Assembly (NCBI GenBank): GCA_030390025.1
Contig: CM059434.1
Location: forward strand, 95,418,001 to 95,482,000
Direction of reading: 5' to 3'
Length of the DNA stretch: 64,000 nucleotides
From: Squalus acanthias
Lineage: Eukaryota
Below the pieces are notes generated by a model, which worked only from the letters and a program-made list of their open reading frames with translations, did not search any database and had not been told where the DNA came from. The translations under genes and the position numbers were made by a program. Below, piece by piece: positions 63,820 to 64,000 of this stretch. Position 1 is the stretch's first letter; every line of letters starts with the position of its first letter.

Positions 63820-64000
63820 CTTTATCAAAGAAAACAAAAATCATTTTTTTCAACTCAGTGTTAAATCCATTCAGAAGTAAACAATGCAGATTTGCATGAC
63901 TTCATAACTATTGATTTTACACAATCATTATTATTCCTAGGCCAAATATTACATCATTTTTTTCAGCAAAAAGAAAAAAAACCCCGCAATCTATATACAG

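Larger units (their letters stand above)
1..64000 (-). other. Gel-forming mucin gene (MUC2/MUC5/MUC19 family; D3 region most MUC19-like), internal part; gene extends past both window ends
   Basis: 31 GT-AG exons join in one frame: TIL'-E'-VWD3-C8-TIL-E, then PTS and CysD repeats. No start or stop codon in the window. Confidence 0.95.

Overview
Vertebrate genomic DNA; the repeat families suggest a cartilaginous fish (inference). The whole window lies inside one minus-strand, multi-exon gel-forming mucin gene. I spliced 31 GT-AG exons in frame by hand. Nine exons (63819 down to 37945) encode TIL'/E'-VWD3-C8-TIL-E with MUC19-type signatures ([17 protein letters not shown]). Two unique Thr-rich linker exons follow. 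Then comes a ~35-kb tandem array of fifteen 60-nt phase-1 exons (20-aa ETTSPEVTPITTTSTTS[F/Y]T[T/P]) and five 354-nt phase-1 CysD exons, in transcript order 5-C-4-C-2-C-2-C-2-C; the array continues past base 1. Introns hold co-amplified LINE fragments and PIF/Harbinger-type MITEs. Two Penelope/retrozyme-type insertions carry minimal hammerhead ribozymes; one is a 210-nt tandem unit plus a 224-bp perfect palindrome. Two decayed LTR elements carry env genes that are homologous to each other and look paramyxovirus-F-like (lokiretrovirus-like). All assignments are by eye and from recalled family motifs; no searches were run.
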